Shown: in pieces, positions 11,050 through 21,819 of the stretch
How positions within the stretch are numbered: the stretch's first letter is position 1
Layout: every line of letters begins with the position of its first letter
Source of the DNA: Thraustochytrium aureum
Lineage: Eukaryota
DNA: 35,333 bases
Reading direction: 5' to 3'
Assembly: GCA_012862495.1 (NCBI GenBank)
Contig: BLSG01000078.1
Coordinates: 1 to 35,333, forward strand
Program-made: the position numbers and the translations under genes
The notes under the pieces: model-generated
Databases searched by the model: none
Told to the model about the DNA's origin: nothing
The model's input: the letters and a program-made list of their open reading frames with translations, nothing else

Positions 11050-12732
11050 ATGGCAACTGCGACGGGATGGCGCCGCCACGCAAGTTTGCGGCGTGCGACA
11101 GACGACAAGTCGACGTGGGGGGAAGACGGCGACAGGCAGCACAGGAACGGCGCGCTTGCGGGCGCGAGGAAACCGCCGCTCGCGCTGCGGCTGGCGGTGT
11201 TTGTGTCAGGAGTGCTTCTTGTTGTGGTTTTGCGGGCTGCCCGAGGGTCGTGGTCGGAGCGCTTCGGGGCGGAGGTCACCTATGCAACCGGTGAGACGTA
11301 TCTAGCAGGCCAGTCAGTGCGTTGGCAGACCGGAGGCCCTGCGCAATCGAACGTCGGCGCAGCCAAAGCACCGGTTCGACGCCAACCCGCAGGGGCCCAC
11401 GATCGTGAACCAAGTCCGGGCCATGCTGGCGCATCGGCCCTCGGTGAACGCGACGACAATAGCGAACGCCACGACGGCAACGGGCGAGAAGGTGACGGCC
11501 AAGTCCAAGCCGAGGGCGAGGTTGAGGGCGGAGGCGGTGGCCAAGGCAGCGGCGGACGCGTGTACAGCAACAAAGGCGCAAACGGGAGCGAGCGCGACAG
11601 AGACAAAGCAGACGAGAAAAGACCACCGGGACCTCCGCCAAGCAAGAGACCAAGGCCACCTACCCGCGCCCCTCCACCAACGCCTCCGTCCCTCCCCGAA
11701 ATCGGGCCGTCCGAGCAGCAAACGCCGGACGGTGTCCTCGACGCGGCAGACTCCGCGACTGAAAACCTACTCGAAGATTCCGGAGATACGCCCGATTCAG
11801 GCAAGCTGACGAATTGCACAGATATCTCCGAGCTGCCGACTGTGTTTGTAGTGTCGCACCGCCGATCCGGGACGCACCTTACGATGGACATGCTCTACAA
11901 CGCGTTTGCGTACAAGTCGAACATGAACATTGTCAAGACCAACCACGTCATCGCGCAAGAGGGAGAAATGACTTGCGAGTGCCTCAACTGGATGCGGGCG
12001 CGCGGCAAGCTTATCTTGCCGCGGCGGCCGATCGCAGACGTGTTTGTGAGCTACTTTTTTTATCGTCGCACGTACGACAGGGCGTTCCGCACAAAGTACA
12101 AGAGTGTGCAGCAGTTCGCGGAGTCGAAGATCGCTCCGGAGCTCGTCGACTCTTACGTACGGACGCTGAGCTCCTGGGCTGCGCTGGGCCCGGACGGCGT
12201 TTACACGCTTGAATTCAGCAAGCTCACCACCAACTTTTCGGCTGCAACGCTAGACAGCCTCTCGGCATTCCTAGATCTGCCGTGGGGGGCGCGCCACAAG
12301 GGCATCAACCTCTTCAACCGTTCGCAATGGGAGCTAAAATCGCGACCTGTGTTCGCCAGGCTAGGCAAGGGTGACGGCGGCTGGACGACGGTTCTGAAAG
12401 CAGAGACCGCGCAGAAACTGCTGCAAATGGTGCAAGAACACGAGATGTGGGGCAAAAAGCTGATCGACTGCCCCGCGCCCTCCCCGCTCCCAGTCTCGCA
12501 AGTGTGCGTTGATCCCACGGGGCACCATGTGGTTGCTGGTCGCCGGCATCATTGCGCAATGATCGGGAACAGGATCAGCAGCCCGCTGAGAGGTGCCCAA
12601 CGAACAGTCCTCTGCGTACCGCTCTCATGCCCGGCGGCGCTCTTGAGCAGCCGCGTGGTCACTAGATCTCTCAATCGGACGCGCTCCAACATCGGCGTCC
12701 TCGCCAAGATCGGGTCGAAGCGCGCCTTCTGA
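11050..12732 (+). CDS. Type-II membrane sulfotransferase-family protein, paralog B
   Basis: Intact 560-aa ORF: TM (LRLAVFVSGVLLVVVL), Gly/Pro-rich stem, PSB loop VFVVSHRRSGTH, 3'-PB motif RRPIADVFVSYF, and a Cys-rich C-terminus. Confidence 0.82.
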   Translation: MATATGWRRHASLRRATDDKSTWGEDGDRQHRNGALAGARKPPLALRLAVFVSGVLLVVVLRAARGSWSERFGAEVTYATGETYLAGQSVRWQTGGPAQSNVGAAKAPVRRQPAGAHDREPSPGHAGASALGERDDNSERHDGNGREGDGQVQAEGEVEGGGGGQGSGGRVYSNKGANGSERDRDKADEKRPPGPPPSKRPRPPTRAPPPTPPSLPEIGPSEQQTPDGVLDAADSATENLLEDSGDTPDSGKLTNCTDISELPTVFVVSHRRSGTHLTMDMLYNAFAYKSNMNIVKTNHVIAQEGEMTCECLNWMRARGKLILPRRPIADVFVSYFFYRRTYDRAFRTKYKSVQQFAESKIAPELVDSYVRTLSSWAALGPDGVYTLEFSKLTTNFSAATLDSLSAFLDLPWGARHKGINLFNRSQWELKSRPVFARLGKGDGGWTTVLKAETAQKLLQMVQEHEMWGKKLIDCPAPSPLPVSQVCVDPTGHHVVAGRRHHCAMIGNRISSPLRGAQRTVLCVPLSCPAALLSSRVVTRSLNRTRSNIGVLAKIGSKRAF

Positions 12733-14415
12733 GGTGCGTGCGCCGGTCCCTGTCGAGAGGCTGCGTTCCGCCCCTCCCCTTGCAGAGATGATGTCTTGCG
12801 CTCCTTGGGCTTGGGCTTGGCTGAGCGATAGGACGGACTCCGCCGCTGTTGGACTCGTCAAGCCGACCTCACGTGTTGAAAATTGCCCGCGAGGCGCTGG
12901 TTGCATTTTGTATATTAGCTGCTCCTCTCGTTCTACTATTGCTACACGCCGCCCACATTGAAACAAATCTCCTCCCACGCACTCCACTGGCTGCTTTTCG
13001 GAGGAAGCGTTCCAAAGCTGCGCTTCTGTGCCAACCACGCCGCGCCGCAGCGCCACGACGGCGCTTCAAAAGTCCTCGAGCCCGTCGTTCTCGTCTCGCG
13101 CGCCGCTATCAAGCTCTGCAGAAGCGGTATCTGCGCGGCAGNNNNNNNNNNNNNNNNNNNNNNNNNNNNNNNNNNNNNNNNNNNNNNNNNNNNNNNNNNN
13201 NNNNNNNNNNNNNNNNNNNNNNNNNNNNNNNNNNNNNNNNNNNNNNNNNNNNNNNNNNNNNNNNNNNNNNNNNNNNNNNNNNNNNNNNNNNNNNNNNNNN
13301 NNNNNNNNNNNNNNNNNNNNNNNNNNNNNNNNNNNNNNNNNNNNNNNNNNNNNNNNNNNNNNNNNNNNNNNNNNNNNNNNNNNNNNNNNNNNNNNNNNNN
13401 NNNNNNNNNNNNNNNNNNNNNNNNNNNNNNNNNNNNNNNNNNNNNNNNNNNNNNNNNNNNNNNNNNNNNNNNNNNNNNNNNNNNNNNNNNNNNNNNNNNN
13501 NNNNNNNNNNNNNNNNNNNNNNNNNNNNNNNNNNNNNNNNNNNNNNNNNNNNNNNNNNNNNNNNNNNNNNNNNNNNNNNNNNNNNNNNNNNNNNNNNNNN
13601 NNNNNNNNNNNNNNNNNNNNNNNNNNNNNNNNNNNNNNNNNNNNNNNNNNNNNNNNNNNNNNNNNNNNNNNNNNNNNNNNNNNNNNNNNNNNNNNNNNNN
13701 NNNNNNNNNNNNNNNNNNNNNNNNNNNNNNNNNNNNNNNNNNNNNNNNNNNNNNNNNNNNNNNNNNNNNNNNNNNNNNNNNNNNNNNNNNNNNNNNNNNN
13801 NNNNNNNNNNNNNNNNNNNNNNNNNNNNNNNNNNNNNNNNNNNNNNNNNNNNNNNNNNNNNNNNNNNNNNNNNNNNNNNNNNNNNNNNNNNNNNNNNNNN
13901 NNNNNNNNNNNNNNNNNNNNNNNNNNNNNNNNNNNNNNNNNNNNNNNNNNNNNNNNNNNNNNNNNNNNNNNNNNNNNNNNNNNNNNNNNNNNNNNNNNNN
14001 NNNNNNNNNNNNNNNNNNNNNNNNNNNNNNNNNNNNNNNNNNNNNNNNNNNNNNNNNNNNNCTCTCTCTCTCTCTCTGCCCGCGCTGTCCCTCTGCCCGT
14101 GCGCGCGCCTTGCCGAAGCGGCTCTGCCCAGTCCCAGCCCGCGCGAAAATGGGCCTGCCTCTAGGCTAGCTAGAGTGCTGTCATTCAGCATTTGCCCCTC
14201 TATTCCTCCCCTCCAGGGCAAAATACGTGTCCTTCAAATTAATAGCGGGTTGTCCGCTATATTTAAAAGCGCTGCGGATGTAAGCATGTGCGGTAGAGAT
14301 AGAGGGGCAAGGGGCTTTCTAACGGCGAGGGAGCAGAGAGGAGGGCGCGCGGCGGCGGCAGAGGAGGGCGCGCGGCGGCGGCAGAGCCCTTTGGGGGCCG
14401 CGGGCGGCACGGGGA

Positions 14416-17314
14416 ATGCGCTGGGAGGCCTGCCTCGTGAGGACGTTCCACGACGCTGGATCGGACCCCGGCGGCGAGCGCGGGGCTCAGGGCGATGCGG
14501 CCGAGGACGACGCCGAGGAAAGACGCGCGAGTCGCGGCGGCGAGCACCTTGTTGTGGACGGCGAGCTCCTCCTCGGCGCCCGACGCCGCGTGGTGTGGAA
14601 GGCACAACTTGCCACTGGCGCCATGGCGAGGTGCCGGCGCTTTGCGGAAAAAGTCTTGTTCATGCAGGCTCTCCCGGTGTCCGCCACAGAAGGTGGGCTG
14701 GTGCTTTGCATTTTGGAAGGCGGAGCGCTCGCGGTATGGGACGCCTGCGCGCCGCATGCAACCGTGTTAGAGATTGAACGTCTCGGGTCGAGCAAGGCAC
14801 GGCGACCCGACGCGAGAACGATGTTTGCGATCGGGAGGGCGCCCAAGCCGGGGACCGTTGTCATCGCCTCGCTTGGTTTCGTGACTGCGGGCTCGCTTGA
14901 CGTCACCGAGCTCAACGTTGCGACCAAAGCCTGGAACTCGCTCATCCTCGACGACTTTGCAGGGCCCGGAGAGAGCGCTAGCCTCGTTCGCGCGTTGGCT
15001 GCTGCGCATGACAGTTTGTTTGGACTTGTCGCAACAGCGACAGCAGAGCACGTTGCGCTGTACGACCACAAGGGCTGCGTGCACGTCGTTCGGGAATCTG
15101 GCGTCGGCGCGCTTGCCTGGGTTGGGCGCAACCTCGTCTCGCTGAGCGAGCACACCGGCCAGCTCGTCCGCTGGAATGTAGTACCGGTCGCGGCCCCTGC
15201 GCGTCGATACCTGGTGGGTCGCCGCATGGGCGCTGGTTCCGCGGGGTCGTCGCATGGCAGCGCTGCGACCCCTCGGCCAGCAAAACGCGCTAAAGTCGTT
15301 CTTGAGGAGCAGGCCGAGTCGCGGCAGAGCCTCTCGCGCAATTTTTTGTGCTCGAGCGTGTCCCTGGCGACATCACCAGGCCATCCTACATGGGCCGCGG
15401 CCTGCGTCTACCGCGGGGTGTGCGTCCTGTACAGCTGGAACGAGAGAGGGGAGCAGCTCTGCGAGGTGGGCTTTGCGGGTTTTTCGCCCTATTACGTGCC
15501 AAATCTCGCTGGCGATCCCTGGCCGCGCGGCCAGCCCCTCGCTCTCTGCAGTTGTGAACGACAACCGGCTTTTCGTCCTGCACCAGCGGTCGGCCACTTG
15601 GTCGCGGCGCCGAACCGTCGCGCTGCAAACCCGCGCATCGCTACCCGCAGGTCTCCGCAAGCTTATTTGCGGCGGCGGGCAGCGACTTGACTTGCTGAAC
15701 CTTGACTGCTTCGGCCAGGCGGCGCTTTTTCGCGGAGCCGAAGGTGGCGCTCAGGTGCTCGCCGAGAATGGGGAGCTGAGGCCGCTCGAGTGCGTGCCGT
15801 CGGACGCACGAGACGCTGTTTTCTTGAGTGATGCACTTGTCGCAGTTCTGGGCGCCGAGGGCGACACCCTCGACGTCTTCGAACGGCAGAGTGGTGCCCT
15901 AGCCGCAGGATTCAAGATTTCTGAGCCTGTTTTTGGATTGCTGCGCGAAGACCGCGAAGCGGCGTCTGATCTAGGATCCATGGAGGCGCTCCTCCAGGCG
16001 CTGGTGCTGCAGACCGAGGCCGACCGCGTCCTCAAGCGCGTTTCCGGGTTCTTGGCCTCTGCTGTGTTAGAGCTGGAGCCCTTTCGCGGCGCTTGGCTCG
16101 AGCTCGATGGCGCAGTCGTCACCCAGGTGAGAGGGGGCCAAGAGTCTCAACGGGAGCATCTTGTCACGCTTGCTGTCCCTGGCCTGGCGATGCCCTCCTT
16201 TTGCGCCGCGCTTGCGGACTACATCGTATTCCGGTGCGAAGATCGACCTGGCCAAGCCTTTTTGAGGCCGATGTTGCAGACTTTGCCACCTAGCGCCGCG
16301 GGAAACCGCGAGGAAAGAGGCGCTAGCCCCGGGGCGGGCCTGCGGGAGCCTAGTTCTGTGCGGGAAACTGTTTTCAGCGTCGATGCGGCCTTTGGCGCGG
16401 CGGACGCTGCCCTCGAGAAACGAGGTCCTGGCCTCCCTGGCCTCGGGCCTGTTGACCGATCATGTGTTGGTTGCAACGTCAGTGGCCTTTGGGTCGCGAA
16501 CAGCGGCTTCGACGAATCCTCGCACAGCGAGCGCCCCCCCGAAGCCTGCGCGGAGGAGGCTGCATCCGAGGAGGACGGCTCGCTCCTTCCTGGCGGGCTC
16601 GGCTTTGGAGCGCCGCCTGAGGCAAACTGTGTCGGGTACTGGCGCTTCCAGACCGACGACCCCTCGCGGGGCCCGTTGGACGATCTCAGCACTGCTTCTC
16701 CGTCATCAGTGGCGCGCGTTACCGGGGAGCAAGGGCCCACGCTCAAGGACACGGTGGTCTCTACGTGCACGGGATTGGACCCCGGAGACGAGGAATTTGT
16801 GTTCGCTCCGCGGGCCCTCTGCGGGCCGCTTGAGCTCTGTGTGGGAGCAGTCCAGGCTGCAGGACAGCCGTGGACCCTGGAGTTTTGGTTTCGATTGCGC
16901 TCTACGAGCGTGCGGAACCTAGTCGCTGGATTCGTCAGGGCCCGGGAAAATGTGGTCATCCCCACAGACGAGTGGCACCATCTCGCAGTGGTTCGCTCGC
17001 CCCAGCCGGGTGCGCCTACATGCGTCTTACTGGACGGCGCGATTGTCGACGGCGCCGATAAGGAGAGCTGCCTCGAGCCCGTCCGCACTGATTTGGACAC
17101 CGCATCTGGTGACCCAGCGAGCAGCGAGGCGGGCGCGTCTCCAACGTGCCTAAGGTTTGTTCTGATGGAAGGCGCCGGACCTGACGACACCGAGCTGACC
17201 GAGGTACGCGTGTGGAGCTGTGCGCGTTCGCAAAGCAGCATCGATTCGGCCAAGGACACCTGCTTGGACCTCGCTGAGGTGAAGCGCAAAAAGTTCATGG
17301 TGCGGATCAACTGA
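14416..17314 (+). CDS. Hypothetical protein with WD40-like N-terminal region and C-terminal LamG/concanavalin A-like domain (apparent frameshift or small intron at ~15545)
   Basis: ORF 14416..15690 has WD-like strands (GGALAVWD, GQLVRWNV, CVLYSWN). ORF 15254..17314 has LamG-type motifs (CVGYWRF..DDLS, WTLEFWFR, PTDEWHHLAVVRS, LTEVRVWSCARS). Adding one CT unit at gctctctgca (15541-15550) joins them. Confidence 0.65.
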
Positions 17315-18663
17315 CCTGACCGAGCCTTGTGGCGAGCCAACGGCGGCGTGGCGAGCCAACACCGCCCAGGACGCCGTTGGCGCGGGCAGCGCTCACTCTG
17401 TAGAGCTCCAAAGAGAGAGAACATTGGAGATCTGACTCGGGACGCCAATTCGCTCTCGAGCCTTGCTGACATGCCAGTGCATCAGGCAAAACCTGCTCAC
17501 CTTCCAGCGGTCACTGGGACAGCCCCGCAGGCAAGGCATGCGAGCCAGCTCGAGACGCTGAAAGCACGTCGCTGGAGCTGCCGGAACTCGAACGGACCCT
17601 GCGCTTCGAAAAAAGACTGCAAATGCATGGCGGGCAAGTCTGGGTCGTTTTGGTCCGAGCAAGCCCGATTGAGTCAGCCCATACATTAGAAGCTGTGCGC
17701 GACTGACACAACGGTAGCAGCAGCAGCAGTACCACGGGAAGCCACGGCGCGAGTGGGGCGCGAAATGCTGCGTGCGGGTCGCGCTTGCGCTAGCGGGGTG
17801 TGGGTTCATGATCGTACGTCCAGGACAACTCGAGCGACAGAACTCGCAAGCAGCGGGTCTACGCGCATCGGTCCGCCCGCCGAGCAGTGCCGCGCGCCAT
17901 GGAGGAGCCACAGTTGCACGCCGAGTGCGGGCGCCTCTGCCTGAACAGTCTCAGTCATTGGAATCCCCGTCGTTGCTGGGCGGCATCGCAGAACAGGGTT
18001 TGATTTGATCATGATTTCATTCGTTTCTGGCCCGCGTAGAGAAGGAGTGGGGAAGGAAGAATGGATTGAATTGATCAGTGGCCTCGAGGGCGCCTGCGCG
18101 TACGCGCAGACCACCGCCGAGATCTCAACTTTCGAAAAATTTAAATTCCGCGGGTTGCCCGCGCCAGGTCCCTGGGAGAACNNNNNNNNNNNNNNNNNNN
18201 NNNNNNNNNNNNNNNNNNNNNNNNNNNNNNNNNNNNNNNNNNNNNNNNNNNNNNNNNNNNNNNNNNNNNNNNNNNNNNNNNNNNNNNNNNNNNNNNNNNN
18301 NNNNNNNNNNNNNNNNNNNNNNNNNNNNNNNNNNNNNNNNNNNNNNNNNNNNNNNNNNNNNNNNNNNTGGCTCCAGGATTCACCGCGGTACTCGAGTACT
18401 CTATGGTCTATCGCTGTGCCTTGGCAAGAAAACCAAGTTGGCTCTCATCCTCGAGCTGCCACGTTTTGGTGTGTTGTTCGTTCTTTCGCGGCGGTTGTTG
18501 CAGAAGGAGCAGGCGACCAACGGGAGGGAGCAGGCCACCAACGAACGCGCTGTAGACTCGAAGGCTGGCCGTGACTGCGCTGGCCACCCAGGAGGCCGGA
18601 CAGCGAGGCAGGCAGGAGGTCAGCGGTGAGGCAAAGGTGGTTGCTGGTCGGGCGAAACTTACG

Positions 18664-20754
18664 ATGGGGCGCAAGTCGCTGGGCGGCCGCGCTGCGGTTG
18701 TGCTGCTTGAGAATGACGACGAGACGGAGCGCAGGGAGAGGCGAAAGTCGCTGTTCCAGTCTGCAGAGACGGACGACGCGCCCCCCGCAGCGAGGAAGGG
18801 CAGGCCGGTCAACTACGACTTTAGCTCGGTGATCAGCCTATGTTCGGCGAACAAGGTCAACGTGAAAAACACGTGGAGTCTCGACCTGATCGACCACATC
18901 GATGACGTCCTCGAGCTGCAGCACGGGTCGTTCCAAAAGGCAAGCTGCACTCTGCAAGCTTCAGTGCAGATCTACGAGAAACGCGTGGACTCTACCCACC
19001 AGGACACGTTCAAAATGCTCGAGAACGTGAACCGGACGCGCATCGGCGCGGCAGGCGATGCAGAGGAAAGCCGCGACACGCGCCGCAAGGGCACGTCCTC
19101 CAAGGGCCACGTCTCCACCTTCCTCGAGTCGAATCTGAGCGCGATCACGCATAAGTGCGTGGAGCGCGAGTACGAGGTGGACCCACTGTTTCGCAAGATG
19201 TCGAAGACCTTTGACGCGGGCGGGGCCAAAGGCCTGCTTCTCAACCACCTGTACGTCCACGACGGGCCGGCCGTCGTGTTCGACACGAGCGAGACCGTCG
19301 CGTTTCCTGGCGCCATCAAGGCGCAAGCCCCTTTAAACCCGGCGGAGGAGGGCGACGCGGCCGAGCCGCAAGCCGCCGTCAGCGACGCCGAAGATGACGA
19401 TGAGGTCCTGGCTTCGGCGCGGCCCCCGCGGCAGGAGGACTCGGATCGCGTCTTTGTGGGCCTTGTCGACGTGCTGGCGCTCAACAGCGCGCCCGTCTGC
19501 CCTTCGCTGGAGCTTCTGCATCGCAAGATGGCGAGCGAGGCCGAGACGCGCGCGGGCGAGAGTGCCGGGGAGGACTCGGCGGGGGCGGGGGCGACGACCG
19601 GTGCTGACGCGCCAGACGTGATGACGCCGGCAACCGCGGAAGGCGAGGACGGGTTTTACGACTATGAAGACGAGTGCGACGGCTTTGTCTTTGACCACGG
19701 TGACTCGTTTTCCGTCGGGGACGACGACTTGAGTGTCCACAGCGGGCCGGTCTCGGAGCGCGGCTCGGTCGACGGTGGCGAGGGAGCGAAAGGGGCGGCG
19801 CGCAGGGATTCCACGGCCGGCGCCGGCCCGGACGTCGACTTTTCACTCGTCGACTCGTACAGCTTCTTCCGCTCGGCGAAAGTCCAGGATTCGCGATCGG
19901 CCAACTGGGCGGGCCCCTCACACTGGCGGTTCGGGCGAGGCAAGTCCGGGCCAAAGCAAGCCGGCGCGGAGGCCAAGGTGCAGACAAAACGCGCGAAGAA
20001 GCTGTTTGTCTTCGACTTTTCTGATCCAGCCGTGCTGCGCCCAAGGCAAGATTCAACGTCAGCAAAGTCGGTCTCGATCAACCTCTCAAAGCGGACCGCT
20101 TTAGCCGCGAGCAAAGCCAACGACCTGCCAGAAGACCTGCACTACACTGTCCAAGACCTGTGCAAACTATTCCTCAAGCCTGTCGTCATCTCGGAAGTCC
20201 TCCGCCAGGGCAAGGGCAAGGATGCGGCGTCTGCGCACCGGCAGGCCGGGGCCGACTTGGAGGCAGGCGATGCGGGGGATGCCGCGGGCTACTTTGACAC
20301 CTACGACGATGGCGCCGACGACGTGGGCCAAGCGGGCGCAGGATTCTACGGGGGCGGGGATGATGACGACGACGACTGGGTTTCGCCGAGCCACGTACTC
20401 GAAAAGATTGAGGTTGGTTACGCGCGCAAGGCGAAGCGCGTCGATGTCAAGCAGCTCAAGTCGACCCTTTGGCGCGAGCTCGAAGAGCTCAAGCGTGCGC
20501 ATGCTGGCGACAGTAAGGCCAGCGCTGCCGATGGCGCAGACTCGGCGCCGGGCGGATCTGAGCGAGAGGACGAGTCGGGCTCTCGCGCAGCCGCGGGAAC
20601 CTCTTTCGTCGAGTCCGTCAAGTCTGTTGCGCCAAAGATTGACGACGACAACGTCACTGTACCATTCTACTTTATCTGTCTCCTGCACCTCGCGAATGAG
20701 AATGGGCTTGAGCTCGAAGGGCGCGACGACCTGGCTGACTTTGCCATCCACTGA
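18664..20754 (+). CDS. NCAPH: Condensin I kleisin subunit CAP-H (Barren/Brn1/Cnd2)
   Basis: Motifs NKVNVKNTWSLDLID, FQKASCTLQASVQIYEKRVDS, DPLFRKMSKTFDAGGAKGLLLNHL, NWAGPSHWRF, LPEDLHY, YARKAKRVDVKQLK, FYFICLLHLANENGLEL. First in-frame ATG at 18664. Confidence 0.95.
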   Translation: MGRKSLGGRAAVVLLENDDETERRERRKSLFQSAETDDAPPAARKGRPVNYDFSSVISLCSANKVNVKNTWSLDLIDHIDDVLELQHGSFQKASCTLQASVQIYEKRVDSTHQDTFKMLENVNRTRIGAAGDAEESRDTRRKGTSSKGHVSTFLESNLSAITHKCVEREYEVDPLFRKMSKTFDAGGAKGLLLNHLYVHDGPAVVFDTSETVAFPGAIKAQAPLNPAEEGDAAEPQAAVSDAEDDDEVLASARPPRQEDSDRVFVGLVDVLALNSAPVCPSLELLHRKMASEAETRAGESAGEDSAGAGATTGADAPDVMTPATAEGEDGFYDYEDECDGFVFDHGDSFSVGDDDLSVHSGPVSERGSVDGGEGAKGAARRDSTAGAGPDVDFSLVDSYSFFRSAKVQDSRSANWAGPSHWRFGRGKSGPKQAGAEAKVQTKRAKKLFVFDFSDPAVLRPRQDSTSAKSVSINLSKRTALAASKANDLPEDLHYTVQDLCKLFLKPVVISEVLRQGKGKDAASAHRQAGADLEAGDAGDAAGYFDTYDDGADDVGQAGAGFYGGGDDDDDDWVSPSHVLEKIEVGYARKAKRVDVKQLKSTLWRELEELKRAHAGDSKASAADGADSAPGGSEREDESGSRAAAGTSFVESVKSVAPKIDDDNVTVPFYFICLLHLANENGLELEGRDDLADFAIH

Positions 20755-20796
20755 GCCGGTGCACGCTTTCCTCTCAATTGATCAAGGTGTTCAGAG

Positions 20797-20892
20797 TCTC
20801 TCTCTAGTAGAGTAGCTCTCTAGCTAGCTAGCTCTACTAGAGGTCTAGCGTGAGAGGGGGACTTCTCTGGAGCTACTCTAGCTAGCTAGAGC
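20797..20892. repeat. CTAG-rich low-complexity tract with an 11-bp perfect inverted repeat
   Basis: Several ctagctag runs. tagagtagctc (20808-20818) is the reverse complement of gagctactcta (20870-20880). Confidence 0.75.
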
Positions 20893-21085
20893 GCGCACGA
20901 AGGCATTGATCGTCTTGCTCAGCGGCACGTGAGCGGAGCGCGGGTGGGGGCGGGCAGCATCTCAAGGCGATGGCGATGTGCCGCTCTGCTTGCTGCTCAC
21001 AAGCGGCAGTTGGAGCAGCGCACGTCTCGCGCAAACCAAAATCGGTGATTTGCTTCTTACTTGTTGCTCTATCGTTGCTGAGGGG

Positions 21086-21307
21086 TCACGAGTCGATCTG
21101 GGGCTTCTCGCCGATCTCTTTCGACCACGTAAGCGTTGAAGCATCAAAAGTGGACTTCGGCTTGGTCGCCTTATTGTACACCCACTCGACAGCCACGTAC
21201 ACGGTGAAGATTGCAGCCGCCTTCTTGAAGCCCGGGAGCATACTGTCGAACGTGGGCTTGAAGATCGGGTGCTTGCGCCACGCGTCCTGCGACCGAAGCC
21301 CGCTCAT
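21086..21307 (-). CDS. NDUFB3: NADH:ubiquinone oxidoreductase (complex I) B12 subunit, NDUFB3-like, 73 aa
   Basis: MSGLRSQDAWRKHPIFKPTFDSMLPGFKKAAAIFTVYVAVEWVY matches the B12 pattern D-x-W-R-K-H-P...LPG followed by a single TM helix. Confidence 0.85.
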   Translation of the reverse strand: MSGLRSQDAWRKHPIFKPTFDSMLPGFKKAAAIFTVYVAVEWVYNKATKPKSTFDASTLTWSKEIGEKPQIDS

Positions 21308-21313
21308 CGTGAC

Positions 21314-21601
21314 CTGCGCTAAGCGGCCAGCTCCCCGCAAGTGTCAGCATCGCCCGCACTCTCGCTTCACACCAGCCCAGCCCCAGCCGTCCCCCCCCAC
21401 CACAACCCCGCCCGCCCAGCGCCGCCCCAGACCCCCTTGCCCCCTCCCCCTTCGTCCGCAGCGTTGCCTCAGCCCGCGCAGGCATCCGCTGCGGCGGCCG
21501 CACAAAAACCGGCAACGCGTCCGCTTTCACACCTCCACTCACCGGTACCGCTCGAACAAAAACGCCGTGAGCCGCGCGCGCTCCGCTCCGTCCCTGCTCC
21601 T

Positions 21602-21633
<32 letters not shown>

Positions 21634-21819
21634 CACTCACTCGCTCGCTCGCTTCCCGTGCCTGCCTGCCTGCCTGCCTGCCTGCCTGCGGCTCTGCAGC
21701 TCGTGCGTCTGCTCGTCCTCTGTCTCCTCTCTGCAGCCCCGAATTCACCGCACGAGCGCCTTCCTCCTCGATAGATCTTCTTGAATACCTCGGCCACGAC
21801 AGAGCGCGCTTCTTGTTAC
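21314..21819 (-). other. Probable 5'-UTR intron of NDUFB3 (donor position uncertain)
   Basis: Acceptor cgcag|gtcacgATG ends at 21314, with branch-like GCTGAC near 21345. Candidate donor gag|gtaaca at 21819; alternatives at ~21788 and ~21748. The interior is microsatellite-rich. Confidence 0.5.
21603..21689. repeat. Compound tetranucleotide microsatellite (GCAC)n-(CTCG)n-(GCCT)n
   Basis: Read directly. Confidence 0.92.

Noticed and set aside
12849..14777. 642-aa and other ORFs spanning N-runs (also 4480..5790, 18005..18574, 26149..27294, 29010..30068)
   Set aside because: Their length is an artefact of translating through gaps.
15479..15551. 73-nt intron as the explanation of the LamG-gene frame change
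   Set aside because: The acceptor ctctctgcag is plausible but the only phase-compatible donor I found (GTTTTT) is weak. A missing CT unit is simpler, though the intron is not fully excluded.
17327..18180. Short ORFs and a 13-bp direct repeat (gtggcgagccaac) downstream of the LamG gene
   Set aside because: No domain features; likely UTR or intergenic.
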